24,000 nt of DNA from Acaryochloris sp. CRU_2_0 (GTDB taxonomy: Bacteria > Cyanobacteriota > Cyanobacteriia > Thermosynechococcales > Thermosynechococcaceae), in NCBI GenBank assembly GCA_012034865.1, contig JAAUOM010000045.1:1-24000 (forward strand). Direction: 5' to 3'. The position numbers were made by a program, and so were the translations under genes. Position 1 is the stretch's first letter; every line of letters begins with the position of its first letter. Shown here in pieces: positions 1 to 10,212 of the stretch. Below the pieces are notes generated by a model. The model ran no database searches and had not been told where the DNA came from. It worked only from the letters and a program-made list of their open reading frames with translations.

Positions 1-38
1 TCGAGCGAACCCACCCCTACCCCTCCCAGGAGGGGATT

Positions 39-1091
<1,053 letters not shown>

Positions 1092-1454
1092 TTATGTGGC
1101 TCTCCGAAGCTAACCTGTCGTAATATTTTGCAATAAAATGTCATGAATTTCAAAGTGTCCTTAATCAAGCTCCTGCAAGGGCTGGGAGTCCTGTAGGTTA
1201 ATCACCTTAGCATGACGTTAGAATAGCGCAATTGTATAACAGGCATAACGATTAGGTGTTGTTCAGCTTAAGCTCATCCTATAGGAGTTGTCTGCTAAGC
1301 CCCTTACAAACCTTAATTCTCCTGATTATGTAGGTCTGTAACGGAAAAGTTAAGGTGTATTGCAACTTTCCCTTGTTGGTAGATGAGGATGGTGTTTGGC
1401 CTAAATTGCCGTGTTACCATTCGCTACGTAGCTGTAAAAGTTTGGAGGATCTCC

Positions 1455-2675
1455 TTGGCACTTCGGGTAGCAGTTGTTGGCTCAGGGCCAGCTGGTTCTT
1501 CAGCGGCAGAAACGCTGGTTAAGGCTGGTATTGAAACCTATTTATTTGAGCGTAAATTAGATAACGCCAAGCCCTGTGGCGGGGCTATTCCCCTGTGTAT
1601 GGTGGGCGAGTTTGATTTACCCCTTGAGATCATTGATCGGCAAGTCAGGCAGATGAAGATGATCTCTCCCTCCAATGTTGAAGTGGATATTTTTATCAAA
1701 AATGAGGGTGAATATATCGGCATGTGCCGTCGAGAAGTTTTGGATGGCTTTATGCGCGATCGCGCCGCCAAGCTAGGGGCCAAACTCATCAATGGCACTG
1801 TGAACAAGCTAGATTTTCCTACAGGAGACAATCAGCCCTATACGATTCATTATGCTGACTTGTCTGATGGCCATCCTGAAGGCGTGATGAAAAGCCTGGA
1901 TGTTGATCTTGTGATTGGGGCGGATGGGGCTAATTCCCGGATTGCCAAAGAGATCAAAGCCGGGGATTATAACTATGCGATCGCCTTTCAAGAGCGCATC
2001 CGTCTTCCTGATCGATACATGGATTACTACCAAGATCGTGCTGAGATGTATGTTGGCGATGATGTCTCCACGGATTTCTATGCTTGGGTATTTCCCAAAT
2101 ACGACCATGTGGCCGTGGGCACTGGCACCATGAAGGTCAACCAGGCGGATATCAAAAAACTCCAGGCTGGTATTCGTGCCCGTGCCGCCCATCGCCTCGT
2201 TGGGGGTGAAATCATCAAAGTAGAAGCCCATCCAATCCCTGAACACCCTCGTCCTCGTCGCGTTGTCGGTCGAGTGGCCCTCGTCGGTGATGCGGCAGGT
2301 ACTGTGACCAAGTCTTCGGGCGAAGGCATTTACTTTGCGGCTAAGTCTGCGCGCATGTGCGCCGAAACCATTGTTGAATTTTCTAACAACGGCCAACGGA
2401 TCCCCACCGAAGAAGACCTCAAAGTCTACCTCAAGCGCTGGGATAAGAAATATGGCATGACCTATAAGGTCTTAGACATTTTGCAACGGGTGTTCTACCG
2501 CTCTGATGCCACACGAGAAGCCTTTGTAGAAATGTGTGCGGATCTAGATGTGCAGCAGATGACCTTTGATAGTTATCTGTATAAGACGGTGGTTCCCATG
2601 AATCCCCTCAAGCAAATTAAGATCACAGCCAAAACGTTAGGCAGTCTCATCCGTGGCAATGCTTTAGCTCCCTAA
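1455..2675 (+). CDS. chlP: Geranylgeranyl diphosphate/chlorophyll reductase
   Basis: Protein LRVAVVGSGPAGSSAAETLVKAGIETYLFERKLDNAKPCGGAIP has the FAD-binding GxGxxG and the conserved ChlP N-terminus. The listed ORF begins at 1383, but GGAGG (1444-1448) lies 6 nt before a TTG at 1455, where conserved sequence begins. Confidence 0.93.
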   Translation: MALRVAVVGSGPAGSSAAETLVKAGIETYLFERKLDNAKPCGGAIPLCMVGEFDLPLEIIDRQVRQMKMISPSNVEVDIFIKNEGEYIGMCRREVLDGFMRDRAAKLGAKLINGTVNKLDFPTGDNQPYTIHYADLSDGHPEGVMKSLDVDLVIGADGANSRIAKEIKAGDYNYAIAFQERIRLPDRYMDYYQDRAEMYVGDDVSTDFYAWVFPKYDHVAVGTGTMKVNQADIKKLQAGIRARAAHRLVGGEIIKVEAHPIPEHPRPRRVVGRVALVGDAAGTVTKSSGEGIYFAAKSARMCAETIVEFSNNGQRIPTEEDLKVYLKRWDKKYGMTYKVLDILQRVFYRSDATREAFVEMCADLDVQQMTFDSYLYKTVVPMNPLKQIKITAKTLGSLIRGNALAP

Positions 2676-2705
2676 AGCGCATTTAACTCAGTTGAACTCC
2701 AGGTT

Positions 2706-2748
2706 AAAACAACCTCATTACTGTAGCCCTGTAATGAGGTTGTTTTTT
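2706..2748. terminator. Intrinsic terminator, possibly shared by the convergent genes chlP(+) and the 2783..3100(-) ORF
   Basis: Perfect 16-bp inverted repeat AAAACAACCTCATTAC / GTAATGAGGTTGTTTT (2706-2721 and 2731-2746) with a 9-nt loop, followed by a T tract. It sits just after the chlP stop. The arm has AAAA at its 5' end, which reads as U's on the opposite strand. Confidence 0.9.
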
Positions 2749-2782
2749 GCCCGCCAACGTAATAACCCGTAGTTCCCATCCA

Positions 2783-3100
2783 CTATGGGTTAAGCATTTC
2801 AACTTGGACGCCTCGATGATCCTCTTGTTCAGGCAACTTCCCTGGCTTTTGGGGACCCGGTGCGAGCTGAACTTTCGGGGGCAACCCCACCTTCACTTCC
2901 TCAGGGGTAGGAAGTTGCTTGGGTTGAGGTCGCCACGATTTTAGGTCAACCTCTTGTACACCCAGCGCTTTGGCATTGCCCGCTGGGGAGGGATTTACCT
3001 TTCTGCTCTGATTTTTCTGTTGAGCTACGGCACTTTCTTCCCCAATACTCAGGAGTACCGTTAACATTATTGTTATTAAAACACTTGTTGATCTAAGCAT
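2783..3100 (-). CDS. Small secreted/periplasmic protein of unknown function, proline/lysine/glutamine-rich
   Basis: 105 aa ORF beginning MLRSTSVLITIMLTVLLSIGEESAVAQQ (typical signal peptide with AxA-like cleavage site), followed by low-complexity P/K/Q-rich sequence. No family recognised. Confidence 0.5.
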   Translation of the reverse strand: MLRSTSVLITIMLTVLLSIGEESAVAQQKNQSRKVNPSPAGNAKALGVQEVDLKSWRPQPKQLPTPEEVKVGLPPKVQLAPGPQKPGKLPEQEDHRGVQVEMLNP

Positions 3101-3174
3101 GGCTTTGGCTCACTTCTGGATAGATAACTTTTCTAGACAGAAACGGTGTTTCACGATAGCTTTTGCTATTTGCT

Positions 3175-4716
3175 CTAAATTTGCTGTGCTCCTGGCTGCC
3201 CATTTTTAACCTGAAAAGACGCTAAAGTACGAATCTGGCTCTTCGGCTTCTTCACCGTATCCACTATCCGAAAATGAGTTGTCCACAGCTCAGGGGAGAT
3301 GATGCACACGGCATACCCCCGGTAGCGACTTTCAAAGAATTTGACATGGGGATTATTTTTCAATGCAAGGGCAAACAGCTTATAGTTAGGTCCACTAGAA
3401 CTAATCGAAGTCCCTACAAATTCAGTGGCTAGCACGGGAGATTGGGGATCTTGGAAATCAGATTTCAAATCCGTAACCCAAAAGGAGTGGATATCACCAC
3501 CAATCACCACTGGGTTGGCAGGGCGATACTCTGCGATCGCCGCCAAAATTCGCTGTCTCGTGGCGGCATAACCATCCCACCCATCTGTCCAATATCCCAA
3601 GAGAGGGGCTAAACCTTGTTTCAATTCTGCCATCATAAGTTGTTGGGCAATCACAGTCCATCTGGCTGAGGATTGTTGGAGTCCTTGCAGGAGCCAGCGT
3701 TCTTGTTCGCTGCCCAAGAGGGAGCGTTGCGGATCAAGGCGTTCTGGACAGTCAAAAACCACTTGACCGCCGCCCTTGCCCTTGGCACAGGCTTGATCAT
3801 CCCGATACTGGCGGGTGTCTAAGCAGTGAAATTCAGCTAAGTCCCCAAATTGAAAGCGACGATAAAGCTGTAAGTTTATCCCCTGGGGCTGGGCTGTTGG
3901 CCGCAAGGGCAAATGTTCATAATAGGCTTGATAAGCCGCTTGCCGTCGTCGTAGAAAAACCACAGGATCAACAAAGTCTTTGGATTGATCCTTGGCATAG
4001 TCATTGTCAACTTCGTGATCATCCCAAATACAAATAAAGGGGAAAGCAGCATGGGCAGCTTGTAAATGGGGATCGGATTTATACAGCGCGTAGCGTAAGC
4101 GATAGGTTGCCAAATCCACAGGATTAGAACCGACATGCTGCCGGGGTCGCCCTGGACGAGGGTCACCTTCGTAGATATAGTCTCCCAAATGGAAGACCAT
4201 ATCCACATTTTCTTGAGCCAAATGCTCATAAGCTGTGTAGTAGCCATACTCATAGTTTTGGCAAGAGACAAAGGCAAACTTCAGTTGATCCAGGCGTGCA
4301 CCAGGTGCAGGCAGGGTTCGAGTCCGACCCATGGGGCTTTTTTCCTGGCCGACCTGAAATTGATACCAATACCACTGCCCTGGCAACAATTTCTCAACAA
4401 CCACATGCACCGCATGTCCCCATTCAGGCGTTGCTAGGGTGGTTCCCTTTTGCACAATCTTTGTCATCTGGGCATCGGTGGCAATCTTCCAAGTAAGGGG
4501 TATGGAGACTTTCGGCATGGAAGGGGAACCTAGGGGATCAGGCGCTAGACGAGTCCATAGCACCACGCTATCGGATTGAGGATCACCCGACGCCACCCCC
4601 AAACTAAAGGGATAAGTCGAAAATTTGGGTTGGGCAAGAATGAGGCGATCGCGATCACTCATAACCACCCAACCGATCGCTGCTCCCGCTGTGATGAAAA
4701 ACTGTCGTCGATTCAT
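3175..4716 (-). CDS. phoD: PhoD-like alkaline phosphatase/phosphodiesterase with Tat-type signal
   Basis: 513 aa; N-terminus MNRRQFFITAGAAIG; PhoD-family motifs FPFSLGVASGDPQSDSVVLWTRLAP, FAFVSCQNYEYGYYTAY, VFHLGDYIYEG, IWDDHEVDNDYA, NPVVIGGDIHSFW, ATEFVGTSISS. Confidence 0.9.
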   Translation of the reverse strand: MNRRQFFITAGAAIGWVVMSDRDRLILAQPKFSTYPFSLGVASGDPQSDSVVLWTRLAPDPLGSPSMPKVSIPLTWKIATDAQMTKIVQKGTTLATPEWGHAVHVVVEKLLPGQWYWYQFQVGQEKSPMGRTRTLPAPGARLDQLKFAFVSCQNYEYGYYTAYEHLAQENVDMVFHLGDYIYEGDPRPGRPRQHVGSNPVDLATYRLRYALYKSDPHLQAAHAAFPFICIWDDHEVDNDYAKDQSKDFVDPVVFLRRRQAAYQAYYEHLPLRPTAQPQGINLQLYRRFQFGDLAEFHCLDTRQYRDDQACAKGKGGGQVVFDCPERLDPQRSLLGSEQERWLLQGLQQSSARWTVIAQQLMMAELKQGLAPLLGYWTDGWDGYAATRQRILAAIAEYRPANPVVIGGDIHSFWVTDLKSDFQDPQSPVLATEFVGTSISSSGPNYKLFALALKNNPHVKFFESRYRGYAVCIISPELWTTHFRIVDTVKKPKSQIRTLASFQVKNGQPGAQQI

Positions 4717-5030
4717 ATTTGTAAAGGTATGAGTTTGTACAGAATCCCCAGTAGAAGTAAGCTTAGACAGTCGTGATCTCTAGCTGCTCCTCTGTCTGTT
4801 TCATCCACATCTTAAATCTTGACACTTTTCTCGGTCTAACGGCTACGATGATTCCGACTGACATTCTCCCGATTCGATCTTGACAAAAGCCAAGTGTCAT
4901 CAGCTGTTAATTTCGTTTTATTTAAGATCTTGCTTTTTGCAAGGAATCGATAAAATATTTAGGATCATAATTCATGAACTAACACGATTAAAGAACTAGT
5001 TAATTCAAGCAGAAAATAAGTAGAGCAGCT

Positions 5031-5744
5031 ATGACTGATCGCAATTTAGAAATTCTTGAAAAAGCAAAAGAATGGTTTAAAAATACTATTGCAGTTAATC
5101 ACATAGCTAATACGAAAAAACTAAAAAAATCCTCGGAATTCAACATAAATCCTTTTTTGACTGTATATCTAGCAAATTTTTTGACAGGAAATTCTTCTGC
5201 TTTAAGTATTGCAAAAGCACTTATATATCCAAGAATTCTTGGAACTTCCATTACTACTTCATTCGGTACAAATATACAAAAATTTACAAATGATGTGCTT
5301 GATGCTTTTGGCAGCACAACTTCAGGCATTGACATTGAATTTATCGATCAAGTAGATGGGCACAAAAAATACTGTCAACTTAAAGCTGGACCCAACACGC
5401 TTAACAAAGATGATGTTGAGACCATAGTAGGTCACTTTAAGTCAACGATTAGATTGGCTCGAACAAATAACCTAAGAGTAAGTTTAGATGACATGATCAT
5501 TGGAGTGATTTATGGAGAAAGTGATGATCTGAGTGGACATTACCTACGGATTAATAATCAGTATCACCATCCTGTTCACGTTGGACAAGATTTCTGGCAT
5601 AGGCTTACGGGTGACGAAGGATTTTATGAGAAATTAATTACTGTGATCGGTTCTGTTGCGGTTGAAGCCGATTACAGCCACGAACTTGAAGATGTTATTA
5701 GGCAGCTTGCAGAGCAAGATGATGTGAAAAATTTATCTCAATAA
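5031..5744 (+). CDS. Type II restriction endonuclease, probable Eco47II/PmeII-like family (predicted GGNCC/GGWCC class)
   Basis: 237 aa; NPFLTVYLANFLTGN...IAKALIYPRILGTSITTSFGTNIQKF resembles this REase family from memory. Candidate PD-(D/E)XK core is GIDIEFIDQVDGHKKYCQLKAGPNTLNKDD. It lies immediately upstream of a C5-cytosine methyltransferase. Confidence 0.8.
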   Translation: MTDRNLEILEKAKEWFKNTIAVNHIANTKKLKKSSEFNINPFLTVYLANFLTGNSSALSIAKALIYPRILGTSITTSFGTNIQKFTNDVLDAFGSTTSGIDIEFIDQVDGHKKYCQLKAGPNTLNKDDVETIVGHFKSTIRLARTNNLRVSLDDMIIGVIYGESDDLSGHYLRINNQYHHPVHVGQDFWHRLTGDEGFYEKLITVIGSVAVEADYSHELEDVIRQLAEQDDVKNLSQ

Positions 5745-5805
5745 GACTTGCTTTGCTATATGCATATGAATTACTTTATAACCATGATCAATGTTTGCAT
5801 AGGCA

Positions 5806-7097
5806 GTGATGATTCCTGACTATTATTCTGTTGCACAAGTGGCTGATATTTTGGGTGTTTCCAAAGAAACCTTAAGAAGGTGGGACAGAAATGGAGCGCT
5901 TGTTTCATTACGTCATCCTGAAAATAACTACCGTCTATATCATCGTTCTCAGTTAGAAACCTTTGAAGAAGCTCAACTTCTATTTAATAGCTCTTGGGGT
6001 CAAGAACTTCTTTCAAAACCTATCAGAAATTTTAGGTTGATTGAACTATTTGCTGGTTGTGGTGGACTTGCACTTGGCATGGAAAAGGCTGGGTTTGCAT
6101 CCATTTTGTTCAACGAAATAAACCATGACGCTTGTGCGACTCTACGCAGTAATCGTCCTCATTGGAATATTATTGAAGGAGACATTACAAACGTAAGTTT
6201 TTCTGAATATCGAGGTAGAGTCGATTTAATTTCTGGTGGTTTTCCTTGTCAAGCATTTTCTTATGCTGGCAAAAACTTGGATTTGAAGATATTCGAGGGA
6301 CTTTATTTTTTGAATTTGCAAGAGCTGTAAAAGAAACTAAGCCTAAGGTCTTTATTGCAGAAAATGTCAGAGGTCTTTTAAAGCATGATAATGGAACAAC
6401 TTTGGAAACCATTTCTAATGTTATTCATGAACTTGGATATGAATTAGTTCCTCCTAAAATTCTTAAGGCTGTTTTCTACCAAGTACCACAAAAGAGGGAA
6501 CGCCTTTTCTTGGTTTGCATACGCAAAGACTTGGCAAAAGATATAGCATTTCAATGGCCTTCTCCTTATCAACGTATTATGACTCTCAGAGATGCATTGA
6601 AAGCAGGTGAGCTTTATCCAAACGATGTACCTAACTCGGAAGGTCAAAAATATCCAAGGCACAAAGCAGAGATAATGGCTTACGTTCCTGCTGGGGGATA
6701 CTGGCGCGATTTACCTGACGAGTTACAACGTGAATATATGAAGAAGAGCTATTTTCTAAGTGGGGGTAAAACAGGTATGGCTCGACGTTTAGCTTGGGAT
6801 GAACCAAGTTTAACGTTGACTTGCGCTCCTGCTCAGAAACAAACAGAAAGATGTCATCCTGAAGAAACAAGACCATTAACAATTAGAGAGTATGCAAGAA
6901 TACAAACATTCCCAGACACTTGGTTTTTTTCTGGCTCACTTTCATCTCAATATAAGCAAATTGGTAATGCTGTTCCTGTTAATCTTGCCTTTGCTATGGG
7001 TAGAGCCTTAGTAAGATTACTCAATGATATCGAAAAAGTCTCTACTTCTCTAGAGCGAGAAATCTCTGAGAAGGAATTGATTGCTTCATCTGTTTAG
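5806..7097 (+). CDS. DNA (cytosine-5) methyltransferase with N-terminal MerR-like HTH domain; reading frame interrupted by an apparent 1-nt deletion at 6271-6275
   Basis: ORF 5806..6330 contains YSVAQVADILGVSKETLRRWDRNGALVSLRHPENNYRLY (MerR-like HTH), motif I LIELFAGCGGLALGMEKAGF and motif IV GGFPCQAFSYAGK. ORF 6246..7097 contains LGFEDIRGTLFFEFARAVKE, motif VI ENVRGLL, motif VIII QKRERLF, TRD-like YWRDLPDELQREYMKKSYFLSGGKTGMARRLAWDEPSLTLTCAPAQKQTERCHPEETRPLT, and motif X QIGNAVPVNLA. Adding one A to the A5 run gives ...SYAGKKLGFEDIRGT... continuously. Confidence 0.92.
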
Positions 7098-7234
7098 GCT
7101 ATTCTACCTCTTGCTGGATAGGGTTTTGACTGTATGGATGCTTTGCCAGGACAGGCGAATGGCTCGGATCCTCAACCGATTATTGCCTGCTAAAGCCCAT
7201 CTGAATTGCTGCATATTATCTTAGCCAAGGCAAT

Positions 7235-8242
7235 CTATCCGCCGATTTGCGACATGGTGCGAGTATAGCTAGCCCCCATCGTTCCTGATTGGCGATCTTT
7301 GTAATTGATTTCTGGTTTAAGTTCTAGCAAATCCTGCACTTGTTCGCACAAGAGAGAAGTAGGCACCCTGGCTCGGAGGGGAGTCTTCAAATCCAGTTGA
7401 CCCGTTTCATTGAGTAAACAAGGGCGTAGCCAGCCATCGGCAGAAAGACGCATCCGGTTACAGCGATCGCAAAAGCATTCCGACATCTGACTAATAAACC
7501 CTAAGGTACCTTTAGCCCCCGGAATTTGAAAGACATCCGCAGGGCCATTCCCCTGGACTTGTCCAGATTGTAAACCCCAGTGATCGCAAATTTGGTCGCG
7601 GAGATCTTGGGAAGGGATCCAACCGCGATCGCCAAACAGATCTGCATTGCCAATGGGCATAAACTCAATGAACCGCACATGCCAGTGACGATCCAAGGTG
7701 AGGGCGGCCAAATCTAGCACCTCATGATCATTGATACCAGGAATAATCACCACATTGAGCTTGAGGGGATTAAACCCCACGTCATAAGCCTTTTGAATAC
7801 CAGCCCAGACCTGTTGCCAACGTTGACGCCCCTGAACATCTCTGCCAGTAATGATGGTAAAGGTTTCGGGCACTAAAGAGTCCAAACTAATATTGATCCG
7901 ACGTAACCCAGCCTCATACAACGCTTGAGCCATATTGGCCAGCAAAAAAGCATTGGTGGTCATCGCCAAATCCTTGACTTGGGGGAAAGCGACCAGGCCT
8001 TCCACAATTTGGAGAACATCGGGTCTTAAAAGAGGTTCACCTCCCGTCAGCCGAAAGCGAGTGAACCCAGATGGGATAAAGACCTCACCAATTAAGGCTA
8101 AAAGCTCTGATGCGGTTAAGACTTCCGACAAGCCTAGAAACTTTAAGGCTTGAGAATCTGGCATGCAATATTGACAGCGAAAATTACAGCGATCAATCAG
8201 ACTAATGCGGAGATAGTCAACAGGGTTCATGGCAGCCGCCAA
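7235..8242 (-). CDS. moaA: GTP 3',8-cyclase (molybdenum cofactor biosynthesis protein A)
   Basis: Radical-SAM motif [19 protein letters not shown], and the second C-terminal Fe-S motif [24 protein letters not shown]. The start may be the internal Met at about 8230 ([10 protein letters not shown]). Confidence 0.95.
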   Translation of the reverse strand: MAAAMNPVDYLRISLIDRCNFRCQYCMPDSQALKFLGLSEVLTASELLALIGEVFIPSGFTRFRLTGGEPLLRPDVLQIVEGLVAFPQVKDLAMTTNAFLLANMAQALYEAGLRRINISLDSLVPETFTIITGRDVQGRQRWQQVWAGIQKAYDVGFNPLKLNVVIIPGINDHEVLDLAALTLDRHWHVRFIEFMPIGNADLFGDRGWIPSQDLRDQICDHWGLQSGQVQGNGPADVFQIPGAKGTLGFISQMSECFCDRCNRMRLSADGWLRPCLLNETGQLDLKTPLRARVPTSLLCEQVQDLLELKPEINYKDRQSGTMGASYTRTMSQIGG

Positions 8243-8703
8243 AGCAGGGTCAACACAGACAGGGCATTTTGTACAAGGGTCTCCAATGTTGAGAGTTGAG
8301 AGAAGGTGTTAGATCGATTATCCCTAGGTTTTCTAAAGCCGTTGAAAGCTGGGTCACCACCTATTGTTCTACCAGGATTAAGACCTCGAATAATCGCTTG
8401 GACATTTATATAATCTGTATTTTTAAAGACTGAAGAGACCCTGACTTAGCTCACCTATAGGGTACACATAATGCCACAATCTGTTCAATGGGTTGGAATA
8501 ATCGAACTTGTTTGCATGACTTAACAAATAACACAATCGCTACCTAGAAGCATTTGCCCCTTTGTACAGTACAAGCCCATCGAAGAGATGGGCACTATAA
8601 GACCATATCCCCAAAATATTTCTATTACCTGTTTTGACCTGCCTGACCGTAACGCTTTGCTCATCTATACTGAATTCTCTTTGCTCAGACGCTTAATATT
8701 ACT

Positions 8704-9177
8704 GTGGCCAAAAAAATTAAATTAGAACCCATCGCTCAAGAAGCTTCTATTGATACCAATGACAATCTCCTGTCCATGCTGCTCAAACATGAGTTAAACG
8801 TAAAATGGAAGTGTGGGGGGCGGGGTCGTTGTTCCACTTGTCATGTCTACATTCAAGAGGGGCTTGAGAGTTTATCTCCTAAAAGCCGTAGAGAACAGCA
8901 AACCTTGATGTTAATCTCAAGCTGCCAGGAAAATTCTCGTTTAGCTTGCCAAGCAAGAGTTCTCGGTGAAGGGGTTGTTGTAGAACTGCCCATTGGTATG
9001 TATCTCAGTGAAATTGACAATTTGGATGCCTTGATTGGGCGGCGGGTGCAACAGCCGATTTTACATCCGATTGATGGAACTGTTTTAGTTGAAGAAGGAA
9101 TGATGATTACTCGATCCATCGTTCATCAACTCCAACAAGCTCAACAGCAGATAGAGAGCTTTCTAGCCCAAACTTAA
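8704..9177 (+). CDS. 2Fe-2S ferredoxin-like protein (cyanobacterial)
   Basis: 157 aa with CGGRGRCSTC and a downstream SRLACQARV cysteine, matching a plant/adrenodoxin-type 2Fe-2S ligand set. The extra C-terminal ~50 aa has no recognised domain. Confidence 0.85.
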   Translation: MAKKIKLEPIAQEASIDTNDNLLSMLLKHELNVKWKCGGRGRCSTCHVYIQEGLESLSPKSRREQQTLMLISSCQENSRLACQARVLGEGVVVELPIGMYLSEIDNLDALIGRRVQQPILHPIDGTVLVEEGMMITRSIVHQLQQAQQQIESFLAQT

Positions 9178-9190
9178 AACGAATGAATTT

Positions 9191-10186
9191 ATGGACATGC
9201 AGCGATGGCTAGCTCGGCAGGAGCCACAGTGGCGACGATTAGAAGGGTTGCTGCAAAAAGCAGAAAAGAGTGGCCTCCAGAAACTAACGGGTCAAGAAGT
9301 ACAAGACCTGAGCGGTCTCTATCGGCTGGCAGCGGCGGATTTGGCACGGGCGCGGGCGCGGCAGGTGGGGCCGGGGGTTACTGAGCAATTAAAACAACTG
9401 ACGTTACGAGGCTATGCCCAGATTTATCAAGGGGGGCGACGACCTGTTTGGCGATCGATTGGGGAGTTTATTAGTTGGGGATTTCCCACGGTTGTCCAGC
9501 AGACGTGGTTGTTTACTGCTGCCGCAACTTTAATTTTTCTCATGGGCGGTGGAATTGGTTGGTGGTATACCTGGCGGGATCCAGTGTTTATGAATCTGGT
9601 TATTCCTCAGGGGATTATTGATTTAGTGCAAGAGGAAGGGAAGTTGTGGATGGGCTCAATCGTAGGCAGTGAGCCCTTGGCTTCCAGTAATATTATGCAA
9701 AATAATATGAGTGTTACCTTTTCTACCTTCGCCGGGGGAATTTTGGCTGGGGGTTTGACTCTCTATATTTTGTGGGTGAATGGGTTGCATATTGGTGCGA
9801 TCGCAACCCTAGTTGGTCAAAATAAATTAGCTTATCCCTTTTGGGCCTTTGTCTTTCCCCACGGAGCCTTGGAGTTACCTGCAATTTTTCTGGCGGGTGG
9901 GGCAGGGTTATTGCTGGCCAAAGCGGTGGTCTTTCCCGGACAATATCAACGGATGACAGCGCTGAAACTCTATGGTGCGCAGGCTATTCAGCTCATGTTT
10001 GGGGTTGTGCCCATGCTTGCGATCTCTGGGGGAATTGAAGGGTTTTTCTCTCCCTCTCTGGTGGTTCCTGCGCCCGTGAAATATTTGGTGGGCTTAAGTT
10101 TGTTGTGGGGGCTATTGCTGTATTGGCGGCGTCAACCCCGGCAGACTGCGATTCGTGGAGGGGATGGGGGGCAGAAAGGCGTCTAG
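9191..10186 (+). CDS. Stage II sporulation protein M (SpoIIM)-family integral membrane protein
   Basis: 331 aa; N-terminus WLARQEPQWRRLEGLLQKAEKSG...LSGLYRLAAADLARARA is typical of DUF95/SpoIIM proteins. Multiple TM segments plus FPHGALELPAIFLAGGAGL. Confidence 0.85.
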   Translation: MDMQRWLARQEPQWRRLEGLLQKAEKSGLQKLTGQEVQDLSGLYRLAAADLARARARQVGPGVTEQLKQLTLRGYAQIYQGGRRPVWRSIGEFISWGFPTVVQQTWLFTAAATLIFLMGGGIGWWYTWRDPVFMNLVIPQGIIDLVQEEGKLWMGSIVGSEPLASSNIMQNNMSVTFSTFAGGILAGGLTLYILWVNGLHIGAIATLVGQNKLAYPFWAFVFPHGALELPAIFLAGGAGLLLAKAVVFPGQYQRMTALKLYGAQAIQLMFGVVPMLAISGGIEGFFSPSLVVPAPVKYLVGLSLLWGLLLYWRRQPRQTAIRGGDGGQKGV

Positions 10187-10212
10187 TCGCACTCGTTGCG
10201 TTACCCTATGGA

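Noticed and set aside
1809-2396. 195-aa minus-strand ORF inside chlP, plus similar shadow ORFs (1538-1831, 1915-2133, 2078-2329)
   Set aside because: Antisense to conserved chlP coding sequence. The translation has no recognisable domain and looks like a codon-bias shadow.
6265-6280. Programmed -1 ribosomal frameshift as the main explanation for the split methylase
   Set aside because: GGC AAA AAC is not a proper X XXY YYZ site, no clear downstream stem-loop is evident by eye, and three other unrelated genes show the same 1-nt loss, including one (urtC) with no slippery run. Sequencing error is simpler.
7098-7234. Short ORF MDALPGQANGSDPQPIIAC between the methylase and moaA as a gene remnant disrupted by the insertion
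   Set aside because: Only about 19 codons, with no recognisable family and an upstream in-frame stop. Insufficient evidence.
8243-8703. 460-nt gap between moaA and the ferredoxin-like gene searched for tRNA or ncRNA
   Set aside because: No cloverleaf, strong hairpin or terminator recognised by eye. It could contain promoters but nothing supportable.
10105-10212. N-terminal extension of the chrA ORF
   Set aside because: Overlaps the end of the SpoIIM-family gene in another frame. ChrA similarity begins after ATG 10213.
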